From Vicugna vicugna (taxonomy: Eukaryota), in assembly GCA_013265495.1 (NCBI GenBank), contig MU062841.1, positions 7,899,786 through 7,963,785 of the forward strand: a stretch of 64,000 bases of DNA, given 5' to 3'. A program made the translations under genes and the position numbers. Positions within the stretch are counted from its first letter, which is position 1. Each line of letters begins with the position of its first letter. Below the pieces are notes generated by a model. That model was given only the letters and a program-made list of their open reading frames with translations. It did no database searches and was not told the origin of the DNA. Below, one piece after another: positions 46,706 to 58,888 of the stretch.

Positions 46706-47619
46706 CTGTAGCAAGACAGCCCAGAGGGCAGACATTTAAACACTGAATCAGACACCAAAGTAACTCCTTAAAAAGTCCTTTGTTGGCAAAGCTGGCACAT
46801 AAAGCCTGTGTCCCCACTGTTATGTCTGCTCCCGAGCTCCTCCCCTTCCGGCTCATCCCACGCTGAGTCATTCACACCATCATGATAAGGGGCAATTTCA
46901 GAGACTCAAAAACAGACAGTCGGCCTAAAATAAGACCTCACAAGTTATCAGTGAGAGAAAGTAGAGAATAATTTCCAAAGCTGCTATTTATTTTCCCAAA
47001 GCTGTCACGCATCCAGTTGCCCTGAACGGCTAGCCATGTCACACGCCTTCTGAACAACTACACTATATACCTTCTGAAGCGCCTGGAGCCCCCGAGTCCA
47101 GCTCAAACCATCCGGCATCTCCATGAGCCACTAGTGCTTGCTGCTTCCTCACGGGAAAGAAAAGGCACACTCCAACTGGGATAATTTATGGAGGGTTAAT
47201 TTACAAACAGACCAATTCCATGAGTGTGGGCTGGGTGTAGGGAAATTGTAAGGGACAGTGCAGGGACCTGGGGCAAGATGCTGTCACCATTCCTTGGCTT
47301 TAAAGGATGAAAGGATGAAAGGTTATGGGACGTGGAATGAGAGAGTTGTGGAGTCCAGGCTGCCTGAACAAGAAGAGTGACCTTCTTTCTGCTGAAGGGC
47401 ACGCCAGCACCTGGTGAGCTCACAGGAGGGGGAGCTGGCAGAACAAATGCCCTCACCTCTGTCCCTCTGGTCTCCTGCCATTGGCCAAACCCAACCAGAG
47501 CCAGAGGCCCCACGAGCCCATGGATGTCGTCAGCAGGTCAGCCTCTCAGGGACCAGAGCAGGGTAAAGAAGAGTAGAGAACGTATCTGGAGGGGTAAAAG
47601 GATGGTGTCCAGCACATGG

Positions 47620-47800
47620 TGCCCTCATATGTTCAATAAACATTTACTGAATGTTCGCTGCATGCCTGACATTCTACCAACCCAAAGCTACAAAGATGAA
47701 GGAGTGAAGATTCCAGGTCTTCAAGTTGCTGTAGTCAGGAAGAGGGTAGAGACATGTAAATAAATAATCACTGCACAATTGATGAGTGTTACAAAGTATC
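47620..47800 (-). mobile_element. L2 fragment
   Basis: ttcaataaacatttactgaatgttcgctgcatgcctgac. Confidence 0.55.
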
Positions 47801-48739
47801 AATAATAGGCTCCCTGGGCAGAAATCCTTGGAAGCCTCAGTGCTAAATACTAAACTACTAAAGATGAAAAAGCTCCTCATATCAGCTCACTTAAACCTCA
47901 CAACAAACCCAGGACGTATGACCACCCACTTCACCTCGCAGGAGAAACTGAGCTGGCCAGTCACAGAGCCTAGAGACAAAACCCAGGTTGTTGGACTCAA
48001 AACCCTGTATTCTGAATTTCTCTATGTGTTTCTCCTTCCACACGTGACGACTTCTGTTCTCCCCCCCGCTGAGAAGTGCTGCCATCTTCACTGCACTCCG
48101 GGCTGCCTTTCCTTCCTGTGCTGGCTCTGCTCTAACACCAAGTCCATGTGAGTTAAGACACTTTATCGCATGTTTTCCAGACAACTGGATGCAGCAGTTC
48201 GTCAAAAGCTCTGCCTGCTTTCACTGGACACTATCAAGGAATGGGGGCAGAGGAGTGAGGTATGGAAAACACAGATCTAAATCAGGGGCAAGGATAAGGG
48301 AATGTTTCCTGGACTTCAAAAGCTAGCTGGGTTCTGGCTCAGCTCCAGGCAGGACCAATGTCGTGGAATGAAAGCAGGCCAAGGGAGAGCACGTGGCTGG
48401 GAGCTGGATCAGAGCGGATCACGGGATCCCAGAAAGTCAACCCTGATCACTTCTCCATCACCAGGCTCCTTGGACGGCAAAGCAATGACCAGACCCGTCC
48501 AGAAACTTGATTCATTCTAAATATTTCTGCTCTTTCACAACAGACCTCTGCCTCTAGGTCAGCCTCCACACCCCCTCCCTGAGGTCCCCTTGAAAGACAG
48601 ATGACAGAGGATGACAGACCTCTGAAGCTAGTCTCAAACAGACTGTCCCAGGGTCAAACTGGAATAATAATAGTCATGCTGCCCCCTGCCCCTGGTATCT
48701 CCTGAGAACTTAACAGTTCCTACGATAGTTTTTCACAGT

Positions 48740-48825
48740 CTTTCATCTCATCCCCATTTTTACAGACAGGGAAACTGAGGTGCAACAAAGTCCAATGACT
48801 TGCTCAAGGTCCTAAGACTAGCAAC
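48740..48825 (-). mobile_element. MIR
   Basis: ccccatttttacagacagggaaactgagg...tgacttgctcaaggtc. Confidence 0.75.
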
Positions 48826-48879
48826 TGGTTAAAAAGAATATAATGTATGTATACAAAACAATGATTAACTAAATCTATA

Positions 48880-49450
48880 TTTACGCTGCTTGGGGGTTCA
48901 TTCAACTTCTTAAATCTGTGGACTCATCGATTTTGGAAAATTCATCAGTTTCTAGAAAATCCTCAACCGTCCTCTCTATGCATGTTGCCCCTGCTCCATT
49001 CTCCCTCTCCTTCTGGGACTCCAGCTACGCATACGCTAGGTCTTCTGAGTTCTGTCCAACATGGTTTACACTCTTAACAGTTTCACCCCCAGATTCTTGA
49101 TTCTCTTCATTTCAACTTGATCATCATTTCTATTGATCTCTTGTCCAGTTCACTTATCTTGGCTGTTGATATATTTGAGCAGCTGTTAAGCCTATCCATT
49201 GGGTTTTAAATTTCAGACTTTGTCATTTTTCAGTTCTAGAATATCCATTTGATTCTTTAAAAAAAAAATTCTAAGCTTCTGGAACTATTCTCCTTCTTTT
49301 CGTCTATTTTGTCCACTTTTCCCTATATTTCCTTGAATTTATTAATCATAGTTATTTAAAAATCCTTGATGCTAACTCTTAACATTTGGATTATTTTTGA
49401 ATCTACTTCTGTTCTCTAGTTTTGCCCTCTTGATTCTAGGCATGTGGTAA
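48880..49450 (-). mobile_element. HAL1/L1M ORF1-region fragment
   Basis: ttgcccctgctccattctccctctccttctgggactcc...tttcagactttgtcatttttcagttctagaatatccatttg. Confidence 0.55.
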
Positions 49451-52400
49451 TTTTTTTTATTGTACAGTAGAAAATGGGTATAAAAGGACTATTAGGGCTT
49501 CACATAACGTAACCACCTACCAGGGAGAATCTTCCCTTTCCTCTGCTAGGCAAGCAGAGCAGACAGGGAATCCCTAGCTCCCTCAGGGACTGAGCGTCAG
49601 TTCTGGTAAGGCTCAGTCTGCCTCTGGTTCACCCCTGTGTTTAGGGCAGGCCTTCTAAAGCTTTCACCTGAGAGCCTGGCAGGTCTTTATCTCCTCTTCC
49701 CTGAAAGATGGCAGGAGATTCACTCCTGTCCGTCACAGGTTTTCAGCTTCATTCCATAGCCTTCCAAATCTATGCATCTTCAAAATGTGGCAAACCTTAA
49801 AGGAGAAGCTAGCCATGTCTTTGGGGCCACTCAGGTCTCCAATTCTGTCACTCAAGTTCCAAAATCTCTTCTGCTTCTTTGTTCCCCAGGTGTAGTCTTT
49901 CCCAGGGACCAAGCCTGGTTTTTCAGCATCTTGCCGCTCCTGAGTAGGGTATGGAGATACCCAGAGTCAATTCCCCTCTCCCTCTGGGGCTTTCCTGTCT
50001 TTACTGTTCTCGTCTCAGACCCATTGGCAGGTGTTTGCTTTCTAAGCAATTTTACTCTGCCTTTCAGACATGCCCAGTTTAACCCTTTACACTGGCACAG
50101 ACTTGGAATTCAGCAAATGTCCTGTGGGGAAAACCAGCCATGGGTTTGAAGCCCCTCAAGTGTCCACTTTGTCCCTCTAGCCCTGTGCACCGCCAAATGT
50201 TTTGTTAGTGTCTCTTTCTCCCAGCATCATCTCCATACCTGGCCAAGCCCCAGTCTCTACCCAGACACCCAGGACTGGCAAATGCTCCCAATAGAGAAAA
50301 GAGCAACTGACTGTCACCTCTGAGTGGTCCTCAGCTGTCTGGAATTTCAGTCCCTCTAGTCCCCAACATTTCTACAGTTCCCTGATGCCTTCAGGTTGTG
50401 CTTATCCAACTTTTTCTAGTTGCCATCAGAAGGAACACTGGCCTGCTGGAATCTATGTATTTTACTCAAAAGCAGAAGTGCTGAATTATGGAGATGTAAT
50501 TTACTATGTGTCTCAAGTGACACTTTCCTATAATGTTTATGGGAAGTATGCAACCTCTCATAAGGTTGCCGTTTATATCAAGAAGCAAAATTGAACTTCA
50601 ACATGCCAATGTAGCTTATTCGTTATAACTTCAAATAGGTAGCTAAGATTAGCCGCAGACACTCCCCAAGTCCTCCAATCACCAGGGCTCACTATAAGCA
50701 GTGATTTCAGACCTCTCACCTACCACCCAGCTCTTTCCTCCTCTCCTGTATCACGTGGGTGTTGGTGGCGGCTGGGGTGGAGGTAGAGAGATGGATCAGA
50801 ACACCCAGCCTATAATTTAGTTCACCAAACCCATCCTACTTCATTTTCTCCAGTCTTACAAGGGAAGGGTCCATTCACCTGCCCAGAACTAAGCCTCCTT
50901 CAGTCCCCTAGGTCCCATCTCCTCCCCCCTACCCCCAGGATGTCCCTCCTACTCATACTAATGCACTAGGTGCTCATCACCACAGACCCAGAGTAGACAA
51001 AAGGTCTATTCACTCCTGGAACATGAACTCCCAGTCTTGAGGGACCTCTTCATCAAAACTTTGCAGTGGGAGTGTCTTTGTCCTCTTCATCCCCTGCTGA
51101 CATGCCCGCTCTGCTGGGGGACTGCTTTGATCCTGGTTCAGCACCACTACCTCTCACTCTGTCACTGGCATCAAGGTGTCTAGGCGTTTACCAAACACAA
51201 CCGACAGGATCCCACGAACTGGAGGTCAGCCAGGAGGGAGAAAAAGGAAAGCCTGCTCCCTTCACTGTGCTGCTCCTGCAGTCCCTCGGGCTGGTTCTCT
51301 GTAGACCTTGCCACATTCTGGCTGTCTCCTAATGACTCACCAAAGGCTCTGGGACTTCTGGAACTTCCAAGATCCATAGGGGAGGAGAAAGAAGAAAGAG
51401 GAAGAAAAGCCATCATTTATTCTCCAGTACCCTTTACACTGCCACGACTCACCAGAGGTAGCTGGTCTGAACAATCTCAAGATCATAACAGTCAACCCAT
51501 CTCTACAATTTGTGAGGCAATTGACTGGCTATTCTCCCAGGAAAGGCAGTGCACTGACCTTCTCAAAAAGCAAGACTGACAGCTAGGGCAATCTAGCCAT
51601 CAAAAAATGGTCAATCCTAGAACCTTATTCCTTCCTTTCCCACTAACAAGAGAACTCCATCCTGTGCTATACTCGGCTCAGCCCACCAAGACCAAGTCCT
51701 CTCCTGAGAAGCTGGGCAGATGGAAGCTTCTAAGGATGCATTCCTTCTGTGTATGTTCCTCTTGGGTCCCCAGATCACTTCCGGTTAATTGCTCTTGCAC
51801 CTGGAATCCACCTCAACGTCTCTGTTTCTCGTTGAGGCTCTGACTCATTTTTGACTTTTGCCCTCCTCAGGCATGCATGAAGGAGTGAAAGAAAGTGGAC
51901 ACATATGAAAAGAACTTTTGTCTACTCTGGGTCTGCTACGGTGAGTGTCCAGTGCAGCTGTGAGAGCAGGAGGGACGTTCTGGCAGTAGAAGATGGGATC
52001 TGAGGGAGGCTTAGTTCTGGGCTGGCGAATGGACCCCTTTCTTGTGAGACTGGAGCGAATGAGGTAGGTTGAGTCTGATGGACATAAGTTACCAGCTCAA
52101 TTTCACTAGTAATGTGGAAATTCCATTACCATTACCGCTATATACTCACCAAATGCAAAATACGTCTGATGATACCAAGGGTGGGAATGAGGGGTGATGG
52201 GAGCTCTCAGAGATGGGCAAAATCACTTTGAAAACCAACGTGGCTTTCTGCGATAAAGTTTAAAATGCACATCCCCTACCACCCAGCAATCCACTCCTAA
52301 GTATATACCTGAGAGAAACCTTTGCATAGGTACACCGGGAGAAACGTACAGAAACGTTCACAGTAGCAGCGTTTACAAAAATAAACGTCCACCACCAGCC

Positions 52401-52581
52401 GAACGGATAAACTGTGGGATACTCATATAATGAAATACTATCCAGCTGTGAAAATTAGCCGAAGCTACAGGTTTCAGCATGGATGACAAAAACATAATGT
52501 TAAGCAAACAAAAAAAGTCACAAAAGAAGACATCCAATATGAGCCTCCAGTATAATTCTATTTATATAAAAATCAAAAATA

Positions 52582-52730
52582 GGGGGAAGGTATAGCTCAA
52601 GTGGTAGAGTGTGTGCTTAGCATACACAAGGTCCTGGATTAAATCCCCAGTATCTCCATTAAAAAATAAAAAATAAACTAATAATAAAGAAATAAATAGA
52701 CCTAATGACCCCCCCAAACTTTTGAAAAAT
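52582..52730 (+). mobile_element. Vic-1 SINE nested in an L1M 3' end
   Basis: ggggaaggtatagctcaagtggtagagtgtgtgcttagc head, acctaatgaccccccc tail, flanking aaaaatagg repeat. Confidence 0.88.
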
Positions 52731-52763
52731 AAAAAATAGGTGTAAGTAAATAATATACTAGGG

Positions 52764-52973
52764 CAAAGGTCAACAAACCACAGCTCCCAGGCCAAATCCA
52801 GCCTGTTTTTATAAATAAAGTTTTATTGGTACACAGCCATACCCATCCACTTATAAACTGGCTTATAGCTGTTTCCTTACTACAAGAGAAAAGTTGAATA
52901 GCCCTGAAAGAAACTATGATTCATTTAAAAAAAATTACTATCAGGCCATTTAGAGAAAGTCTGCCAACCTCTG
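52764..52973 (+). mobile_element. hAT-Charlie MITE (MER58A-like)
   Basis: Imperfect TIRs caaaggtcaacaaac / gtctgccaacctctg; internal aaataaagttttattggtacacagcc; degenerate 8-bp TSD ending taggg. Confidence 0.8.
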
Positions 52974-55900
52974 ATTTAGGGATTATATACACAGGTGGCA
53001 AAAATATAAAGAAAAGTAAGGGAACGCATAATACAAATTTCAAGAGAGTGGTAACATTTTGTGGGATGGTTGGCAGGTGCATACATTAGGGAGAGGCCGA
53101 GAACGGACTTCTGAAGGACTAGTAGAGGACGGACTTCCTCAACCGGGTGTCGGGTACATGAGTGTTGGCTTTATTATCAGACATTAAATGGCACAGATAC
53201 ACAACTAAAAATAAAGCACACAAAACTAACAAAGCTGTCAGGGAGGCGAATCTGCAGGGTGAGCAGAAGCTTGTGGAAAGAGAAGGTGGTGCCCTGTGCC
53301 TGAAGACACCGGAAAACTGTGTTAGGGGCAGAGGAAGTGGCCAGACCTCTGGGTTCTGGCCTCAGGGGAAATGGGGGCTCAGCAGACTCTGGGGTCACAG
53401 GATGGAGGATGTCACCCAGCAGGAGGGGAGGGGACAGAAGTTCAAGAGCAGAGCCTGGGTAGAAGGTGACTCTAGGCAGCACCAAGGAAGAGCCAGCAAA
53501 GAAGTGAAGGAGTGCAAGGGGCGGTCGGGACAGTCAGGAGGGAACAAGGAAGAATGAGGCCCTGGGTGTGGATGAAAAGGGCACATGTGGTTGTAACTGC
53601 AGCAGACTCAGCAGGACCAGAACTGGTGCCTCCCTGGGACTGGGGAAGGCCAGTTGCTGGGTTGGGGGGTGAACTTAGAAGTGAAGTCCAAAGTGGGGAG
53701 AGGCCAATTTAAAGCACAAGCTTTAATTTGGGCTCCCGTCCCTATGCCTCTTCCTCTTTTTTTGTGAATTCTCTCTGAAACTTTCACTGAGAAAAAAAGA
53801 GACTTGAGAGAAAAGGACCCAGTTCCTGCAGATCCCTGGAACCAGGTTTTCGGAAAATGCATAAAACACCCATAATCGAGAGGTACTTGGAAGAAGCAAA
53901 AAGCTAAGCTCTCTAGTCTCTAGTCTAGTTCTGGTCTTCAGAGAAGGCTGCTTGTTGCAAAATGGGAGACAGGTCCCCCGGATTCCTCTCCAAGGCAAGT
54001 TTTCCCAAATCCAGGGAAATTAACTTTGAAGTTTCCTACAAGAAGTTGGGAATGAGTTACAGCAATTAAAACACATGTTGCCTGCTTCCAGAGTAGGTAG
54101 TAATAGATGCTTTTATTCTGGTTTTAATACCACAGTCAGGGAAGAAAAGATACTGACATTCACTGAAATCCTACTGTGTGCGGAGAAACTTCCATACGCT
54201 CTCTCCCTTAACAGAAGGTGCTCTGTATTTATCCAAAAGAGGAAATGATAACGGTGGGTGGAGGAGGGGACCCTGACTGTGTTTTTGAGAGCAAGTTCAC
54301 ATTCTCAGAAGAAAATACCCAACAAGTCAGGATTTCAGAGGCTTATAGCCTCTGAACCGTGGCGATCAGGCAGTACATAGCAGGTGCTAAATATTTGTAG
54401 AAACAATGACCTCCAAGATCTCTTCCAATATAGGTTTCTGTGAGCCTATAAATAACTGAGAACCAAGGGCAGGAGAGCCTTCCAGAGCACACGGGAGAAA
54501 CACCTGCTCCAGGCACGTCTTGTCTACAGGCGCAGGCAATTTCTCCCAAGGATGGCAATGATTAACTCAGCCTGTAAAGACTGCCGACAGCACAATGAAA
54601 TCGAGTGCTGCGATGGCTCAATTAACAAATGCTCTGGAAACGGAGTTCCCTTTTAATGGAGCTGGCTGATCTACCCAAAAACCTCACCATCAATCATATG
54701 TCTGTTGGGGGTGGCTGTCGGTGATGGGACGGCTCCCATCAGTGGTCCGGGAAGCTGGAAGGTGGGAGGCGCCCTCACGTGGCTCCCATCTGTCCACGCA
54801 CGGGACTGAGCCTGGGTGACATTCTGAGGTTTTGGTTCTGGTTCCTTCTTGTTGGGGACGCTACCCTGGCCCACTGTCCTTCGGTGGACATGGCACATCT
54901 ACTGCAGCCTGACTCATCACCCACTCACTAACCCACCCATGTCTGTGGTGTTGCCCACTCTAGCTTGGTGCTGGGAATCTGAAGTCGAGCCAAGCCTGGC
55001 CCCCAGAGAGTGCAGTTTCCTGGTGGCACAGAAGTGGGTGAACAGACCCCTGGGCAATGCTGGGGTGAGGCACCACAGGATTCCCACCCACTTATGCCTT
55101 TAGCAGCAGCTGGACCTGACGAGTGAAATATTTTCCCCGAGACGAAGGAAACACCTTAGTGTTTCAGGAAGAAAGAAGAAATAGTCTGAGCAGAGACTTT
55201 TCCTATTATGAGCAGCACCAATGGCTTTCAGGGGAAAGAGGCCTCCCCTGCGTCCCTCCCAAGGAGCACACGACAACTGCTTGGGCAGGGGAGAGGAGCT
55301 TGGGCCCACGATGGGCCCTTTGCTCACAACGACTTCCAAGTCTCTTCCATCCCAGCAACTTGTTACTGAAGCACATCACCTCCTTCATTAGGGAGGGTTG
55401 AAGCAGGCTTGCCCTCCCAGACTGCAACAGCCTCCTGCCTAGGGAGGGACGGCTGGCCCAGAAGCACCAAGCAGAAGCTCAAGGTCATGGACTCAATGTG
55501 GCCAGGCCAAGAGAGAGAAAGGCAGGACCCGGGGCCCTGGGCCTGCCCAAGTTCAGAGGGGCAGCCTATGGGCCAAGACAGCCCCAAAGGCCAAAGGCAT
55601 CAGATCATCTGTCATCTTAGTTCAGATAACACTTGGGATCAAAGGCCTAAAACAAAGTGGGGCTGTCCCAGTGTACTGGGATGCAACGATGGGGACGCCA
55701 GGGGTAGGGTGGAGTAGGGGCATGAGGCCAGAGCCCCATGATAGGAAGGGACTGGCATCCGCTCAGCAGAGTGCACCCGATTCCAGTCCCTAGAGAGGAG
55801 GGAGATCTATCTGGATTATTCAGGCAGGGTGGAAGCTGGGGATGGAAAACTAGGAACTCAGTCACAGGTCGGGAGGAAGACACTGCAGAGGACCAGGCAG

Positions 55901-57989
55901 TGGCAACAGCTGCCACAACGCTGGGGCATCGCCATCCTGGGGCCCTTCTCCCTGACCCACCTGACCCGTGGGGCAGCGGGAGGCGCAGGGTCTGACCTGG
56001 ACCTGGGCTATTGGTTTTGCACGCTGTTGCTCATCAGCTGGAGGAAAGGTCAGCAGGGCTGAGGGGGCACGGGGACCATGGTGTTCTGTGCTCTCGTTCT
56101 CAGGGCAGGAGACGTGCCCTCCACCCTGGGCCCCAAGTGCCAGTCACAGAAACTAAACAACAAAGGCTTGTCCCTACCTCCCCACTCCCCTGGGCCTTCT
56201 GTCCCTCACAGGACACACCCTTTTGCAGAACAATGCCCTGTCACAGTTGCGGTGCCCCAGGGGCAAGGCAGGAACTCTGGGTGAGCTCTCGGAACCCAGG
56301 TGACCCCAGGTGGCCCGGTACCACAGGAAGGGTGGCCTGAGACCCTTGGGCTCTGTCTCTGGACCCCAGTGGTGCCCCACAGGCTAGGCTCCCAATTCCC
56401 ACTTTTTAAGTGACTCCATAACTTGGCGGATCCCTCTCACTGAGCCGGAACGAGCCCTGTCCTGCCGCTAGGGGCTGGCCCGCCCGCCCACACCATCCGA
56501 TTTCTCAGAGCCGGCTCATTTGGCTCAGACCCCACACTGCCTCAGCCTTCAGGAACTGCAGGGCCGTCCGATGCAGTGGCTGACACACTGACAAATCACT
56601 AAAAGCCCAGCTAATAGGACTAAAGCACTTTTTCTAAGAAAATCACTTTATCTGTATTTAAGCCACTTAGATCCTTGGATAACTCAACCGACAGAAGCGC
56701 AAACCCATCTCAAGGATGGCAGGTGAACTGACAGACTCAGAAAGCAGGTCAGCTGGGTTTACCACCCCTAGGAGAACACGCTAGTCAGAGCTGAGGAGAT
56801 TCCAGCCCAAAAGCACGGAGAGGAAAGTGGGGATACAACCGCGGTATCACCACATCTCCCAGAAGGAGAAGACACAATAAAGGCCCCTTTTAGATATTCA
56901 GTCCTCAAACACAAGGTGCCTCACCAGATCCCTGCCCTCCCTCGTCTTCCTGCTCGTGGGGGAAGCCTGCACCAGCCCGGAGGGTCGGGAGCTGGGGTCC
57001 GAGGAGCTGGGCGCAGGCACCAGCCCGGCAAGCCTCACCGGCAGCGTGAACGCGGCAGGTCATGGCCTCTGCTTGACCCCAGCCCACAAAATGAGGACTT
57101 CTGGGCTCCCCTCCTGAGTAGCAGGAAGGGTTGTGGCAACTGGAAGGAAGAGAAAGAGGATCACGGGGCCAAGCTCCTTTATCTGCAGCCCCCACGGTGC
57201 TGAGAGTACAGAGGAGGCCCTTACTAAAAGGAGAATTTTGCCTTAAAACAGGAGCCTCATCAGGAGATCAGGAGGCACTACAGCTCTCACGCTTTCCCTG
57301 GGGGATCTTCAGTGGAAGCTTCTGTTGCCTTCTGCTGTGTGGTGGTGGGGGGGGTCATGAAGGGAGCAGCCTACAGCCAGACCCCGCTGTGCTCCCCAGC
57401 CCCCACCCACGTCCCCAGCCCCCACAGCCTAGGAACGCTGGCCAAGAGGCAGAGGTCAGGACGGACTGCAGGGGGGGGAGAGGAGGCGGCCAGTCAGAGG
57501 CTACTGCAACCATCCAAGCAAGACTGTACCAGGACAAGAGTTATGGCTTTGAAACAAGGTATGAGATATAAACATGAGACACTTCAAAGGCAGATTCATT
57601 TGACCAACTAAAAAGGGAGTAATTCTGTGCTTTTGTTTTCTTTCTTTCTTTCTCTCTCTCTCTTTTTTTTTTTAGCAACAAATGACTGGGAAATGAAAAT
57701 GGAGAGGTGATTTAGAGGGCTATTAGAGGAATTCTGTTTCAGATACACTGAATTTCAGGTGACAGAGGATAATCCATGTCCATCAGGATAAACCCAGATT
57801 AAAGACAGAAAAGAAATTACAAAGCATCAAGTCTACTTCATTTCCTTTTGTGAACTGGGTGATATGTCTATTGAGATCCCTTTTTTATTCCACACCCATA
57901 ACAATGTGGCAAAAGTATAGAGGAAGACAGCAGAATGATAAAAGCACCAGGTGAAAAATTATTTTAAGAAACTCCCATGCCTCATAGCA

Positions 57990-58450
57990 CCAAAACCAGA
58001 TGTGCTACAATACCTAGTGCTGGCAAAGGGGCAGTAAACTGGCATTCTCATCCATGCTGGAAGAAAGAACTCTTTGGAAAGCCATTTGGCAACACACATC
58101 AAGAGCCATAAAGCGTTAACATTCTGACCTATAACATTACTTCCAGGAATCTAACCTAAGGAAACAGCCCAAAGAAAGCAACAGATATGATGAATGAGTG
58201 AGGGTTTTTGTTTCGTGAAGATGCTCATTGTCTATAATAGTAAAAAACTGGAAGCCGTATCAGTGTCTAACCATAAGGGAGGAGACTGAGAACATTATAG
58301 GCCCTTAGAGGAATTATTAAAATAGCATTACAATGCTAGTTATGAAGACAATGTGGTAACAGGGAAATCTTTTTTTTCATTTGCCATAATTTTAAACGAA
58401 AAAAGTAAAAAAAGTGGGATCTGTGATTATAAAGACATGATGACAATAAC
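57990..58450 (+). mobile_element. Old L1ME-type 3' end
   Basis: ctttggaaagccatttggcaac...ttacttccaggaatctaacctaagg...gaagatgctcattgtctataatagtaaaaaactgg. Confidence 0.6.
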
Positions 58451-58510
58451 ATCTCTGTTAAAAGGTGGTAGGATTTAGGGTGCAGCCTTTTCCCTTCACT
58501 TTCCACTTTT

Positions 58511-58645
58511 TGTTTTGTTGGGTTTTTTTGTTTGTTTTGGGGGGAGGTAATAAGGTATTTATTTATTTTGATGGAGGTACGGGGGATTGAACCCAGGACT
58601 TTGTGCATGCTAGGTGTGTGCTCTATCACTGAGCTATACCCTCCC
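58511..58645 (-). mobile_element. Vic-1 SINE about 87 nt downstream of the HOMER2 exon 2 donor, sense to HOMER2
   Basis: Reverse complement reads ggagggtatagctcagtgatagagc...gggttcaatcccccgtacctcc; flanking tccactttt repeats. Confidence 0.9.
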
Positions 58646-58731
58646 TGTCCCTCCACTTTTCACATGTATCATGTTGCTTTTGATGAAAAATAAGTGACTG
58701 GGAATGTTAAAGTTAGGCGGCGGGATGGTAC

Positions 58732-58888
58732 CTTGGCTCCATCCACACTGATGATCCGATAGCTGTTCCTTGTGACATCGTAGAAGTAGGAAACCGTGAC
58801 CGCCTGCTTGCTCGCAGGCACCCAGTTCTTCTTGGTGTTCGGGTCGATCTGGAAGACGTGCGCGCGGGTGGTGAAGATGGGCTGTTCT
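58732..58888 (-). CDS. HOMER2: HOMER2 exon 2, (G)[52 protein letters not shown] (EVH1 N-half)
   Basis: cttgcag acceptor, AAG|gtacca donor; 157 nt. Confidence 0.97.

Larger units (their letters stand above)
52100..53200 (+). mobile_element. L1MC/MD-type 3' end interrupted by Vic-1 and MER58A
   Basis: ccacccagcaatccactcctaagtatatacc...aactgtgggatactcatataatgaaatacta; resumes after 52975. Confidence 0.65.
25993..58888 (-). other. HOMER2: HOMER2 gene, coding exons 2-9 (exon 1 outside window, beyond 64000)
   Basis: Exons of 157,132,93,107(or 140),157,111,81,189 nt join in frame. With an inferred 5-nt ATGGG exon 1 they give 343 aa (or 354 aa), with an EVH1 domain plus coiled-coil matching Homer2a/2b. 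Confidence 0.98.

Noticed and set aside
11697-58645. tRNA-Ala(AGC)-like sequences (six places)
   Set aside because: Each has a SINE tail, poly(A) and usually TSDs, with a broken acceptor stem. They are Vic-1 SINEs, not tRNA genes.
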